Part shown: positions 1 through 16,950 of the stretch, one piece after another
Layout of the letters: each line of letters begins with the position of its first letter
Position numbering within the stretch: position 1 is the stretch's first letter
NCBI RefSeq assembly: GCF_009914755.1
Contig: NC_060930.1
Source of the DNA: the human T2T-CHM13v2.0 reference genome, Homo sapiens
DNA: 64,000 nucleotides
Reading direction: 5' to 3' (one strand)
Made by a program: the position numbers and the translations under genes
The notes under the pieces: model-generated
Seen by the model: the letters and a program-made list of their open reading frames with translations, nothing else
Database searches by the model: none
Told to the model about the DNA's origin: nothing

Positions 1-4087
<4,087 letters not shown>

Positions 4088-4104
4088 ACTTCTGTTTTAT
4101 TAAC

Positions 4105-4148
4105 TGCTTGGCACCTAGTAGGTACACAGTAAACATTTGTTGACTGAA
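4105..4148 (+). mobile_element. L2 3'-end fragment
   Basis: tggcacctagtaggtacacagtaaacatttgttgactgaat resembles the L2 terminus. Confidence 0.55.
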
Positions 4149-5259
4149 TAACAAACTTTATTCTGAAAAACTAGAAAAAAAGGAATTTTGGAATTTTATA
4201 TTTTATCAACTGTTGAACATGAACATTTATTAAATTTTATGATGCAATTTAAAACACAGTAACTCTAGCAAGAGATAGGTGCTTATCCTGAAAGTAAAAA
4301 GTGTAGCAGAGAATATGGAAGGATAAATATTATTGGTAGAACCTGGTCTGCAATTAGAATTTTCCTGGAGTTTCACAGGGTTCTCCAGCTTGAAAGGACA
4401 AAAAGCAGAAGTTGGGATCTGGAGCATAGTGGGCTCCACCCTCAGCCATCTCTGTGCCCAGCACATTGGAGATGCAGCCAGCTAGCCACTGGGTGTCACT
4501 GTTCTCTCATGCTCCTCAGTCTGGGTGTCCTGCCAGGTCTCCTTAAGCATGAATATGCAATGTCCTGGTTTACAGCCATGACAGAGGGCACAGACTCACC
4601 TGTACAGGCCTTCTCAATATGGAATCACATACTGTTCCTACATAAAATTGATTTTCGGTTCTGAGCAGCACAGAAAGGTTTGAAGAGATGAGTGGTCTCA
4701 AGTGCGGCTCTTAGCTTTAGTCTCAGCCCTAAAACGGCGCTCAGGAGTAGGAACACAGCTGCCAGGACATTTCCCTGTCACTCAAGAGCTGATAGGCTTT
4801 TTTTCAGGTCCAGACCTACAGGCAAGGACTGGAAATCATTTGGGTTTCACAGCTGGTTTGGATGATATTCAACAATAACACCAAAATTCTTCCATTAAAG
4901 AACAAAACAAAAAAATAGGAATTGAAAAACAAGGGTCGGTGACCAGTTTGTGTCGAAACATGCCAGCTGCTCTTACTTTGAATGAAATTATTTGCAGCAC
5001 AAGGTTACAGCTCGCCTGGGAAGTTTATCTTCAGCCAGTCTCATTAAGATCTCCCAACCTGCACGCAACACCTGTTTGTCTCCATTACTTATCCACCATA
5101 TAAATATAATAAATAGGTGAGTTGCTATGGATTGCTTAATTGTGGTCTGCTCCCTCCCCTTGGAGCCTTGTTCACACTTATTGATTTCAAGGCATGAATA
5201 ATCCTCAGAAACTTGCTCCACTCTGATTGGGAGTATTTCCTTTAAAATTCATTTATTCA

Positions 5260-5715
<456 letters not shown>

Positions 5716-5899
5716 AACAGAGATTAAACTAAAGGAAAATTGCCCAGATCATTTCTGTAGGTGTCAGGAGGTGGATGTGGCCTTCCATCACCAAGAAGGT
5801 GGTTTAGTAGCTCAATGAGTAGATGAGGCTCTAGTGAGAGCAGTCACATCCCAGTATAAGAACGGCAACAGCCCTGAGCAGCTGCTTTCTTCATTTCAA

Positions 5900-6310
5900 T
5901 TTTTATTCCCTCCAGTCAGTTCACAAATAGCCAAAGAGATTCTTAAAAGTTAAATCTTATCTTGTAGCTTCCTTGCTTCAAATCCTTCAATGGTTTATCA
6001 CTCCTCCTAAAATGACAAGACAAATCCTGCCATGGCTGTGAGTTGTCCCCTGCCTATTTCCCCAGCCTCCGCTGACAGCCATGCTTCCACTCTCTAGAGA
6101 TTCATTGGCCATTTTGCCCTTCCTCTAATTGCCAGGCACTTTTCTGCATTAGAACTTCTGTATATGCTGTTTCCTTTGACTGGAAAGCTCTTTTCTGATC
6201 ATCCTTCCCTCCCCTCACATGCAAACTCACCGTTTAGTGTCAGCTTGAACTGCAGCCACTTCTGCAGGGAAGCCAGTCCCCCTAGGTCAATCAGGTTTCC
6301 CTAGTTCCAT
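5900..6310 (+). mobile_element. L2 fragment
   Basis: aatccttcaatggttt...tgctgtttcctttgactggaaagctctt...cttctgcagggaagcc L2 3' region motifs. Confidence 0.65.
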
Positions 6311-6399
6311 AGCCCTTCTAACATTGATGCCCATCATACCTCTCAAACACCTGAGCCAGCACATCGTTTCCCAGTGCTGTCTCATTCCAGTCGCTGAAC

Positions 6400-6556
6400 A
6401 GTTTGACAATTGACCTCTACAATGTGTCAGAGTATCAGTTCTCTACCCGCCACGCTTTGGGTGGGGGGTCCTTATTGCAACTGGCCAAATGGGTAATCAA
6501 TTTCCCAGATCTCATAATGGAGTCTGCCTCCTGGGACCACTTCTGTAACCAACTGT
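6400..6556 (-). mobile_element. ERVL-class internal 5' fragment with tRNA-Leu-like primer binding site
   Basis: Minus strand reads TGGTTACAGAAGTGG, close to the Leu PBS TGGTACCAGAAGTGG; abuts the LTR at 7976 once the L1 is removed. Confidence 0.6.
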
Positions 6557-7168
6557 TTGTTTATTTTTCAATCGGTTTTGGGGGAACAGGTGGTGTTTGG
6601 TTACATGACTAAGTTTTTTAGTGGTGATTTCTGAGATTTTGGTGCACCCATCACCTGAGCAGTGTACACTGTACCCAATATATAGTCTTTTATCCCTTAC
6701 CCACCTCCTACACTTTCCCCGGAGTCCTCAAAGTACATTGTATCATTCTTCTGCCTTTGCATCCTCATAGCTTAGCTCCCACTTATGAATGAGGACACAT
6801 GATGTTTGGCTTTCAATTCCTGAGTTACTTCACTTAGAATAATGGTCTGCAATATAATCCAGGTTGCTGCAAATGCCATTATTTCATTCATTTTTATGGT
6901 CGAGTAATATTCCATGGTGTATATATATATACATATATATATATTTCAAATATATATACACATATATATATTCCAAATATATATACACATCTATATATTC
7001 CAAATATATATACACATCTATATATTCCAAATATATATACACATATATATATTCCAAATATATATATACAGATATATATATTCCAAATATATATATACAT
7101 ATATATATATTCCAAATATATATATACATATATATATTCCAAATATATATATACATATATATATATTC

Positions 7169-7222
<54 letters not shown>

Positions 7223-7960
7223 ACAATTTCTTTATCCACTCACTGATTGACGGGCGTTTGGGCTGATTCCATATTTTTGCAATTGCGAATTGTGCTGCTA
7301 TAAACACATGTGTGCAAGTATCTTTTTCGTATAATGACTTCTTTTCCTCTGGGTAGATACCCAGGAGTGGGATTGCTGGATCAAATGGTAGATCTACTTT
7401 TAGTTCCTTATGGATCTCCACGCTACTTTCCAGAGTGTTTGTGCTAGTTTACATTCTCCCTAGCAGTGTAAAAGTCTTCCCTTTTCACCACATCCATGCC
7501 AACATCTATTATTTTTTGATTTTTTGATTATGGCCATTCTTGCAGGAGTGAGGGTGGTATCGCATTGTGGTTTTGATTTGTATTTCCCTGGTCGTTAGTG
7601 ATGTTGAGCATTTTTTCATGTTTGTTGGCCATTTGTGTATCTTCTTTTGAGAATTGTCTATTCATGTCCTTAGTCCACTTTTTGATGGGATTGTTTATTT
7701 TTTTCTTGCAGATTTGTTTGAGTTCCTTGTAGATTCTGGATATTAGTCCTTTGTCGGATGTATAGATTGGGAAGATTTTCTCCCACTCTGTGGGTTGTCT
7801 GTTTACTCTGCTGATTATTTCTTTTGCTGTGCAGCAGCTTTTTAGTTTAAGTCTCATCTATTGATCTTTGTTTTTGTTACATTTGCTTTTGGGTTCCTGA
7901 AATCCTTGCCTAAGCCAAGGTCTAGAAGGGTTTTTTTGATGTTATCTTCTAGAATTTTTG
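6557..7960 (-). mobile_element. 5'-truncated L1PB (L1PB1-like)
   Basis: 3'UTR ggggaacaggtggtgtttggttacatg; ORF2 C-terminal [18 protein letters not shown]; TSD tgtaaccaa(c/t)tgt at 6544-6556 and 7966-7978. Confidence 0.93.
6920..7220. repeat. AT-rich minisatellite (~26-30 bp unit ttccaaatatatatacacat(c/a)tatata) ending in pure (TA)n
   Basis: About 9 units anchored by tt(c/t)caaa, then (TA)~25 at 7172-7220. Confidence 0.95.
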
Positions 7961-7975
7961 TGCTGTGTAACCAAT

Positions 7976-8405
7976 TGTCTTCGGTTGGGTCCCCTGAAAA
8001 CAGCTCTGATATGGAGATGTATGGGCAGCAGTTTATTGGTGAGTGCTCCAAGGATCAACACTGGGAAGGTGCAAGGGAAGCGATATTCCTAGAGAGGCAC
8101 AACTGTGATGTAGTTTCAACAGAAGCTTTGGCCAAGCCCAGAAGGGGCCCTGGAGCTGGGATGGCCATTCAGAGTTGTTCCATTTATAGCAAGGGGCTAC
8201 TGGGCCTTGGAACCTGCAGCCATTAGTCCCTGGGTGCTGGATGCTTCCGAAGAGGGCAGCATACTTTGAGTAAAGCAGCTTTCTTCAGCCAAGGGCAGTT
8301 CCATAAGAGAGACATAGCTGTGTGCAGCCAACACCTCTGGCTGCTGGGAAACCAATACTTCAGTCTGAGGTTGGGATCTTGGTGGTACAGCTGAACCCCA
8401 CTACA
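7976..8405 (-). mobile_element. ERVL-class LTR (LTR33/LTR41/LTR16-like)
   Basis: tgtcttcggttgggtcccctgaaaacagctctgatatggag...tttattgg; TG...CA termini; adjacent PBS. Confidence 0.65.
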
Positions 8406-8488
8406 GAAATCCTGCCAGACTTCACACAGTGGGTATTCAAGAAATTATTGATGGGTTCTTTTAGTTCTATAAAACATGAACCTGTTAC

Positions 8489-8830
8489 TATTGCAGGGCT
8501 TTTTCCTTAGCTCAGCTAAAGACAGGGGTCCTTATCACACGGCCAGGAAAATTTAGGCTCGCAGATGATTGAAGGGTGAGAATTATGGAATTTATTGGGC
8601 AAAAAGGAAAAAAAAAGGGGAAACAGGGACTTTCCGCAAGGCCAGAGTTCCTGCTGGGGTGCTTCCCAGCCCACTGTTTGCACCCCAGGTTCCACACAGG
8701 AAGAGGAGGGGCCGGGATCCTCCCTGCTGCAAACAGCAGGAACCTCTGTGGCTCCATCCCACTGTGCATTCCTCCCAGGGCCCAGGCAGCTGGAGTTTTT
8801 CCAGGGAACCCCTCCCACCTGGCTTTCTCA
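8489..8830 (-). mobile_element. Solo ERV1 LTR, MER61-like
   Basis: Minus strand starts TGAGAAAGCCAGGTGGGAGGGG and ends CTAAGGAAAAAGCCCTGCAATA; 4-bp TSD ttac/ttat. Confidence 0.8.
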
Positions 8831-9649
8831 TTATCTTGACCCTTCTTTGCTTCTGTCTCTGCTCTCAGATTCAATCTTCATTGACTCATCATTTCTACCT
8901 TTTATTCTTCTGAATATCTTCACCTGGCAGAAAAGGAAAATTGGACTAGAAAGCCTACTATCCAGCAGGCAGTATGCTGGGGACTTCACATATGCCCTGT
9001 TTCCAAATACTAATGTTTATTCTTTTTGTCCTCCAAAATTTGTTAAAACTATTTTACCTCTGTTCCATCTTTTTATTTCTGAGATTTTGTTTCATAAAAT
9101 TGTTCTAAACTTCATTTTTAAATGAAGACATCTGGTGATGGCATGTACACTCATTGCAGGAATGAAATGAAAATAGACAAGAACCAAAAAGATATTTCCC
9201 CAATAGCAATTAACCATATGAATTGCTTCATTATTTTATTAAGTTACTAAAATTGATACATACTTCCTATTTAACTGTAATTTTGCAATGGCAAGAGCTG
9301 TAAATAAAGGTCATATATTTATATATGTGTATATTATTAGTAGATTTCTGCAAACAATAATTGCAATAAAAATAAATTTTTAAATGAATCATTTCACAGC
9401 TCTCCATAAGCCTGCTAAATCCTATATCATGCACTCTATAATTCTTAATGAGATATTTATTTCTAGTCTTTTGTAGCCCCAACCAGGTAGTAAAAATGAA
9501 ATGATGTCACCTGGATTGCCATATCATTTTGTCCATATGACCTATTATCATCTTTTAAAAACTTGGATTATTATATTTTTATCTTAGAATCTGCTCACTA
9601 TTTTGATCTATTTCCTCTTATGGTTTTGGGTATTAAATATTCAGTCTAG

Positions 9650-9830
9650 TGGCATTAGCACAGTACTAGAAGTAAAATAGCCTGGGTTTTAGAATGAGCC
9701 TTGGTTTTCTCACATGTGAAACAGAATTGATGTTCGTATCATATGCTGCAGTGAGATGGGTTAAGAAAAACTATGGAGAAGAGGTTTGAAAACAGTAAGA
9801 TGTTGTAAAAAATGAAAGTATTATTACTAA
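9650..9830 (+). mobile_element. MIR fragment
   Basis: gagccttggttttctcacatgtgaaacagaa core similarity. Confidence 0.55.
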
Positions 9831-9899
9831 AATAGAAAGATATAAGAAGAAAGAAAAGTAAAATCTGTCCACTGGCAGTGGCCTGTCTTCCAGGCATTT

Positions 9900-10082
9900 C
9901 ACACAGGTTATTTCACAGCCATGCTGCGACGCAGGTATTGTTTATCCCCATTTTATGGATGAGAATGCTGAGGCTGAGAGAGGCTCAATAACCACTTGAT
10001 GCCATTGATTGGTAATAGTGTCTGAGTCCTAATTCACATCTAGCTCTTTGGATTCCGAGTCTTGCCTTCTTTCCACTGCACC
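9900..10082 (-). mobile_element. MIR
   Basis: atccccattttatggatgagaatgctgaggctgagagagg MIR core. Confidence 0.8.
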
Positions 10083-10879
10083 AAAACTGACTCTCAATTA
10101 ATTGTGGATAATCAGTGGAAATCAGTTTACTCTTGGGAATCTTTCCATTTATGCCCCCTCCCATTGCTTTCAAAATCACCTCTGGTGTGTTCCTTGAAAT
10201 CTTAGAGAGGCAGTGGATTGTAATTTAAGAATTTTTGCTTATAGCAGCACAGTTTACCGTGTTGTCCATATTTGTTCTGGATCAAGGGATTGGAACCCTC
10301 AAATACATGTCAGCACTGCTAGTTATATATATTTTTCTATGTCTAATTGCAATCCTTAGTAAGAAGAAATAGGTTTGAGGATGCATCTTTCAGGTCAGTT
10401 CCAGAAGGTCGGGAGGTGCAAATGAGCTGAGCTGTTGATTCAGTTGAGATCATTTTGATGAGTACATGCTTGCATGTGGGTCTATAATGTGGTTCATCTC
10501 CATAAAATCCCAAGCTTTATGGGTTTGAAAGCATTAACTCATGTCTTAGAAACATCCCACATAGATTATTATAATTCTTGGTGCGCTGCCTGACCATCTG
10601 CTTACCTACAGGAATTACAATCACATGTAATGGCCCTGCGCAAATCTAGGCTCAGAAAAGAAATATGAGAATACCTGAGTCCTTTTCTGTTCTGTTGAAA
10701 CAGCACTATTTTTTACACCCTGCTCAGCATAATAATGAAAAATGTGTTAATTTGTGACTTTTCTTGCTTCAAAATGATGAGAATAGGAAAATACTTAGTT
10801 ATATACTTTTTCCTCTTGTTGTTCTATGAGAATATATTGATCATCTCATGCAGCATCCCTCCCTTCTTTCCTTCCTTCT

Positions 10880-11000
10880 CCACAGATATTGTATTGACAG
10901 CTGTTAAGTGCTGGCACTGTGCTAGTCTGCAGGACACAGAAGCAAACAAGCAGTCACAGCACTTGCCCTTATAAGCATCACACTCTAGTGGGTGAGACAG
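10880..11000 (-). mobile_element. L2 3' fragment
   Basis: tattgacagctgttaagtgctggcactgtgctag...aaacaagcagtc. Confidence 0.55.
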
Positions 11001-11714
11001 ACATTAAACATAATTTCACTGAGAACCTTGGGATTACACTTGTTGTGAGTGCTATGTTTGAAAATTCCTGGATGCTGTGAAAACAATGGAGGGGAAATGA
11101 GGAAGAATAATTTATTAGCATTTTCTTACATGAGATTATTTTTCTTGTTATTTTGTTGTCAGAAAGAAACATTACAGAATTCAACAGGCCATCTCTCATG
11201 GCTTTCTTTTCTACTTTCCTCTCCACTTCTTGGCCATTCTCAACAATTGCCTGTGGGTGTTTTGAGCGAATGTAATTTTATGGGCAAATAGTTATAGTTC
11301 CAATTCCTTTACTTAGTCTAAAAACCACTATGCACCTCCGTCCCCCGAAGCTGACATTTTAAAAATTAGTATTTATGTTTTTATTCTATTTTTCTTAGAC
11401 ACACTCCTAATATTGTCTTGTTTAGGTGCATGTATTTTTCAAATACTGCTAGCTTTCAACTAAAGACAGAAGTCTAATTTCCATCTAAGCTCAAAGAACT
11501 TCATAAGAGTTTTATCTTAAAAAACAATGCTGATCTTAGCAGGTAACTAGGGCAGGCCACAGGGAGGAAATGAAGAGGGATTCAGGCATTCTCGTGCTGG
11601 GATAAGGCATGGGAAAGCAGAGAATGAGTTGGTGCAAATCCCAGGCCCTAGCATTGTGTGGGTGATTCTGGTACTCTAAGGTTTGGCTTTGAAATGTGGC
11701 TATAACCTTTTAAA

Positions 11715-11835
11715 AAAATTTTAATATTTTATTTAATCCAATATATCAAAAACATTATCATTTCAATATGTTAGCAAAATAAAAAACTATTAATAAGATA
11801 TTTTGCATTTTTTTCATACTAAGTCTTTCAAACTA
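11715..11835. mobile_element. hAT-Charlie MITE fragment (MER3/MER33-like)
   Basis: ttttatttaatccaatatatcaaaaacattatcatttcaatatg...catactaagtctttcaaa. Confidence 0.7.
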
Positions 11836-11994
11836 GGTATAGCTATGAAATTTTTTTCCAGCTGGCTTCACTTCCTCTTTGTTTACTTATAGAAGATCTT
11901 CCAAAGTATGCCTGTGAACATTAATTCTGTGGAATGTTAACTAGTGTTAGATGAAAAAAAGAAAAAATAAAATTATTTATGGTCAAATACATTT

Positions 11995-12117
11995 CCTTTT
12001 CTTTTCTTTGTTTAAGATAGGGTCCTGCCCAGGCTGCCCTGGAACTCCCAGGCTGGAGCAATCCTCCCAGTTCAGTCTCCCAGATAGCTGCGCCTACAGG
12101 CACGGGCCCCCAGGCTA
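11995..12117 (-). mobile_element. FLAM-like Alu monomer
   Basis: T-rich tail then gcccaggctg...gaactcccaggctggagcaatcctccc...ctacaggcac. Confidence 0.75.
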
Positions 12118-14588
12118 AGCTCCAGCGAGTTTCTTTACTGCAAGACTTTTCAGAAATTTTAAAATCCAAAATGCATTGTGAATCATCAAGAGAGGAATCC
12201 GAAGCAGTTATGCTCAAATCTATTTGATGATGAACCTCTTTTTTACAGAACATCTCCTAGGACTAGTATTGCTTGCAATGAAGTTTGGAAAACATTAGGC
12301 TTAGATTACTTTCTAAAGAAATTTATTCTTTTGAAGATACCAACGGATGTCAGGGAAGATGCTTCATAACATGTAGCATAGCAGAGAAGAAAATGGGTCT
12401 GGGATGAAAGTGTTGTTACAGATAATCCACAAAATGGCTAATTCATAGGGAACAAAGTCATTTAAAGAGCTGACAGTTACTATGATTTAATTGCACAATG
12501 GCATGGTGAAGATGAGCACCAGTGTAGTTTTTATCTATACTGTGAGATTTGGTGATAGCAATTCATCACTAGTTCTTTTAGGATCCATTATGTGAAGTTA
12601 GAATCATTTTGGCTTAATTCTTTTAATCCACCAGAGTTGATTTTTAAAAAATTCTTTTTTCACTCATTTGGTTTAAATATCACAAATTTGTAGTATTTCC
12701 ATCCTTCTTTTACTGGAATGAATGTCCTGGTTAGGATATGGCCTCACCAGAGATGAATAAAAGTGAAATACAACTAAATGCTGCATGATTTCATAACTCT
12801 GTAAAAACATATCGACCAATTTGAATTGCTCTATGAAGATCACTTTCTGTTTATTTCAAAACCAGCTTTCCTAATTACTCTCACTTCTATTTTCAGTAGG
12901 ACTTTATGACGTCTCTTTGGATTCTAACAAATGTTGTAATTCATTGCCAACTTCTTTTTCCTAATGTACTGATAGAAGTAAAAAGTATAGTTGTACTTTT
13001 TTTCCTCTCTGGCATCTGAAAATAAAGTTTGCATTCTCTTTCTGAAACTAGATTCTTAAATCTACCTTTCTTTATCATCCTTTAACACACTGGCCATATA
13101 GTTAGAAAATTTACTTAAAACACAAAGTATAAACACATTTCAGATAGATGGAACTGTCCCCACTTGAAGTTAAAAACAGGATCCCAGCTCATATTGCAGA
13201 TTGAAGGTGAGAGATGAATGAGGAAGTAGAATTGAGAGAAATGGGTTTTGATTTTGACATTAGAATTCAAAATTCTACCAAGTATGTTCAAATAGAAATC
13301 ATGTTTAAAAGCTATAAGAGTAAAAGGGAACTTCACATTAAAATATTTTTGTAAAGAAATGAAAATGCATTTGTTCTCATTCAGTTCTGCTTTTGAATTC
13401 TTATGTGACCTTTCCTGGATCCCTCTGTGCTGCCCAGACATAGGAAATATTCTCTCTGTGAAATGGATAAAGCCTTCCTCAACCCCACAAAGTTTAATGA
13501 ATCATTTATTACGCCTCCACCTTTTTGCTAAGCCCTAGAGTAATTAATCTTTGTTTTTAAAGTACTCTAAAATGCTAGGTCATAAGGTGTACCAGATTAA
13601 TAAATTATTGTAAAGCATTTGTAAATAAGGAGGTCTTGTCTAAACATTACATATTATAAGAATGGGATGGAAGTGAAGCTTAAGATCACCTCTTCCTGGG
13701 GTGTCCTCCTATCAACCCAGCTCTTGGAATACTCGTCCTTAAATTGTCAGATTAGGTTTCTCAGTCAGTTCAAAAGTGGAATTTCTTCCTTTTCTTCTTA
13801 AATTTCATTAGGATGTAATTCCGATCCTAATATGTTGATTTTTCAGCTATAAAGAAATTCAGACATCTATTCAATAATTATGGAGAGGCAGATTATTTAC
13901 CCACATGGCATTCTCTTCATTTCTTTCCTGTCCACTGAGTGAGGAAAAACATCTCCATATATGGAGAGGGTGTCTCTTAGTGTTGGGTTGGGCAGGTGGC
14001 TGATTGAGCATATGGTTTGGGACCATGGCTTGGGGAAGCTATGATTCATAGAAGGTGAGCACTCAGGTACTTGAAAATGATCATTCATTCACTCAGTATA
14101 GATTGAGCACCTACTCTATATCAGACAATATCTTTGCAGGGTCAGAGACCTGAACAATGTGAAATAGAGCTAAGGTTGAAATTGTTATCCATTGCCAGAA
14201 GGCCTGGATATTTCCCAGGAGTGGCTTAGAACAGATAGAGGGGTTTATAATAATGATCTGAGTTTGTTTCAGTCCTCCCCTGCTGTTGGGCTTCCAGATA
14301 TTTAAAGAGCTGGTACTTTCTGCTCTGAGTAAAGGTTTTGATTAAACTGGGATTGTAACTGCAGTAGTTCGTGAGCAATTCAGGATAATGCTATCAATGA
14401 TACTCCATGGTTCTTGAAATATTATACTTTAGAAAGAACTTTCAAAGGAATTAATTACTTTAACCTTTATAATCCTGTAAGGTAGAAGGCTTTGACCTGC
14501 CAATATCACATAAACAGTAAAATCAGGAGTGTCTGACCACATGACCAGTCTCATTTCTCTCCCTGATCAGTGTTCCCAGGGCTTAGAT

Positions 14589-14772
14589 CAGGGATCAGCA
14601 AACTACAGCCTGTAGGACAAACCCAACTGTTTTTAAACAGCCCCTGGCCTAAGAATAAATCTTGTCTTTTAAAAGGATGATAAAAACGAAGAATATGTGA
14701 CAGAGACAGCAAGTGGCCTGCAAAGTCTAAAATATTTATGTATGGCGCATTATAAGAGTTTGCCAACCCTTG
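14589..14772. mobile_element. MER58-family hAT MITE
   Basis: TIRs cagggatcagcaaact / agtttgccaacccttg; gcaaagtctaaaatattta. Confidence 0.8.
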
Positions 14773-14974
14773 GCTTAGAGGCTTATATACAGGTCTTCCT
14801 GCTGTGTAGGGACTATTAGCATAATCCAGTCCAGAAAAACATTTGGAAAAATTAACAGTAACTCAAAAGAGTGTTCAAAATTCTTGCAAAAATATTTTAA
14901 AAGGCAAAGGCAAAACCGTTTGGGTTTACTGAAGAGTGTGAAGAATACCAACTGAAAATAGACTGTCTGTGGCT

Positions 14975-15176
14975 CTGCACCAGGGATGTGTCAGTACCAG
15001 CCTGTAAAAGCGGAATGTACACATCGCTTCCCATCTCCAGGTGCAGTGATGTCAAGTGGATAGCTTAGAATCGACCAAAATAGAAATATTTATACTTCAG
15101 AAATTGGCAAAATCTACAAATTGGGGACTTTTCTCCTCAGAAATCTGGTTTTGAGACATTTACCATTATACTACTA
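14975..15176. mobile_element. MER63-like hAT-Blackjack element
   Basis: ttcccatctcc...cagtgatgtca...gaaattggcaaaatctacaaatt...acatttacca. Confidence 0.7.
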
Positions 15177-15529
15177 AATGTATGTCATTTGACGTCTGAA
15201 GTCATTTATAACCCAGACTCATGTATTTATCCTAGTAATAAGGAGACTTGTGTTTTGAAATTTAATAGAAGCCATTTTTTTACCTGATAATTGATAAATT
15301 TTCTTAGAAGCTGAAACTGAGGGCATATATAGATATATATGATCTATATAAGGAGAATAATAAAAATAACTAGATTATTGGGTTGTTATGAGAATTAAGT
15401 GTGTTAATAGATGTAAATTTTCAAAGGTAAAGCATTTAAAGCAGTGCCAATATTAGTTTCTATTATTTCCATATCCAGACTCTAGTTCTGTGGAACACAG
15501 CACATTCAGACTAATGCCATCTAGGCTGA

Positions 15530-15760
15530 GTCTGGAGCTGACCCTGGGCTTGGAGTTGGGGGAATGGTTTGTCTATCTTTGCTTCGCCATTTCCCACCAT
15601 GTATTCTGAGGCAAGTCAACCTCAGTATGCCTGACTCTTTTCATCAGTAGGCAAAGCTTAATGTCACCCACCTTGCCAGTTAGTGGGAGGATAGACAAGA
15701 TAATACCTGGGAAGGCGCTTTGCTAATGGCAGCATACCACATAAGCCTAAGGTATTATTA
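15530..15760 (+). mobile_element. MIR
   Basis: gaggcaagtcaacctc...tcatcagtag core; tattatt tail. Confidence 0.55.
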
Positions 15761-15983
15761 TCTCACAACAATACGATCTTGAAATGTGTGCAGTAAGACT
15801 CAGGCTGACATTCTGTTGAAAAGAAGAAATAAATGAGTCACGTCTTCCTTTGCCTCTCACCCTTTTCTGTCAAAAGCAGTAAATCATTGACCAAAAATGA
15901 AAACAAGGCTGTCAGAAAGGCTCATATGAAAGTTTTATTCTACTTAAATAAACTCTGAAGGCCTATATGTTATAGCAAAACTA

Positions 15984-16362
<379 letters not shown>

Positions 16363-16651
16363 ATGAACACAAATGTGCTCAATATAGCTTATCTATTTTT
16401 CTATTATAAAAAATACAATTTTTACTTAAAAAGTTTTTATTTTACCTTCTTTTTAAAAATATAAGTTGTGCTATGTATTTGCAAAATTGGTTTTATATTG
16501 ATACATTTTATCACTATTGCACAAATTTGTGAACAAATTTATTGTAAAATACTATCTAAAAATAAAAAGCTAAATAAAATGATAAATGTTTAATAAAATA
16601 ACTGTTAAGAGTGAGCTGAGAGAGAGCAACACTTACCTTCTTATTAATATT

Positions 16652-16804
16652 TGCTACTAGCTCTCATGCATATGAATCCCCTTGGCATGTGGTTCGAATG
16701 CAGATTCCATTGCTGTGTGAGGTGGGGCCTGATACTGTGCATTTCTCCCAAGCACCCAGGTAATACCCACGCTGCTCTTCTGCAGACCACACTTTGAATA
16801 GCAG
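16652..16804. mobile_element. MER5-family hAT MITE
   Basis: aatgcagattcc...ggtggggcctga...tgcatttct...gaccacactttgaatagca. Confidence 0.8.
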
Positions 16805-16950
16805 GTGGAGGCTATGCAACAGTTAGCAGGGAAAAAAAGGATTTTGAGTAGCCGGTGGAGGCTATGCAAGAGTTAGCAGGAAAAAAAAAGGATTTTGAGT
16901 AGCTGATGGAGGGTATGCAACAGTTAGCAGGAGAAAAAGGATTTTTTGAG
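16793..16950. repeat. Tandem triplication of a ~50-bp unit
   Basis: ggtggaggctatgcaacagttagcagg(a)nggattttgagtagc occurs three times. Confidence 0.95.

Noticed and set aside
6864-7421. Ile/Tyr-rich ORFs
   Set aside because: Translation of the TA minisatellite
8489-8830. p53 response element in MER61 and several overlapping ORFs
   Set aside because: No RRRCWWGYYY pair seen in this copy; the ORFs are chance frames in a GC-rich LTR
16793-16950. CRISPR-like repeat array
   Set aside because: Head-to-tail units without unique spacers, no cas genes, eukaryotic context
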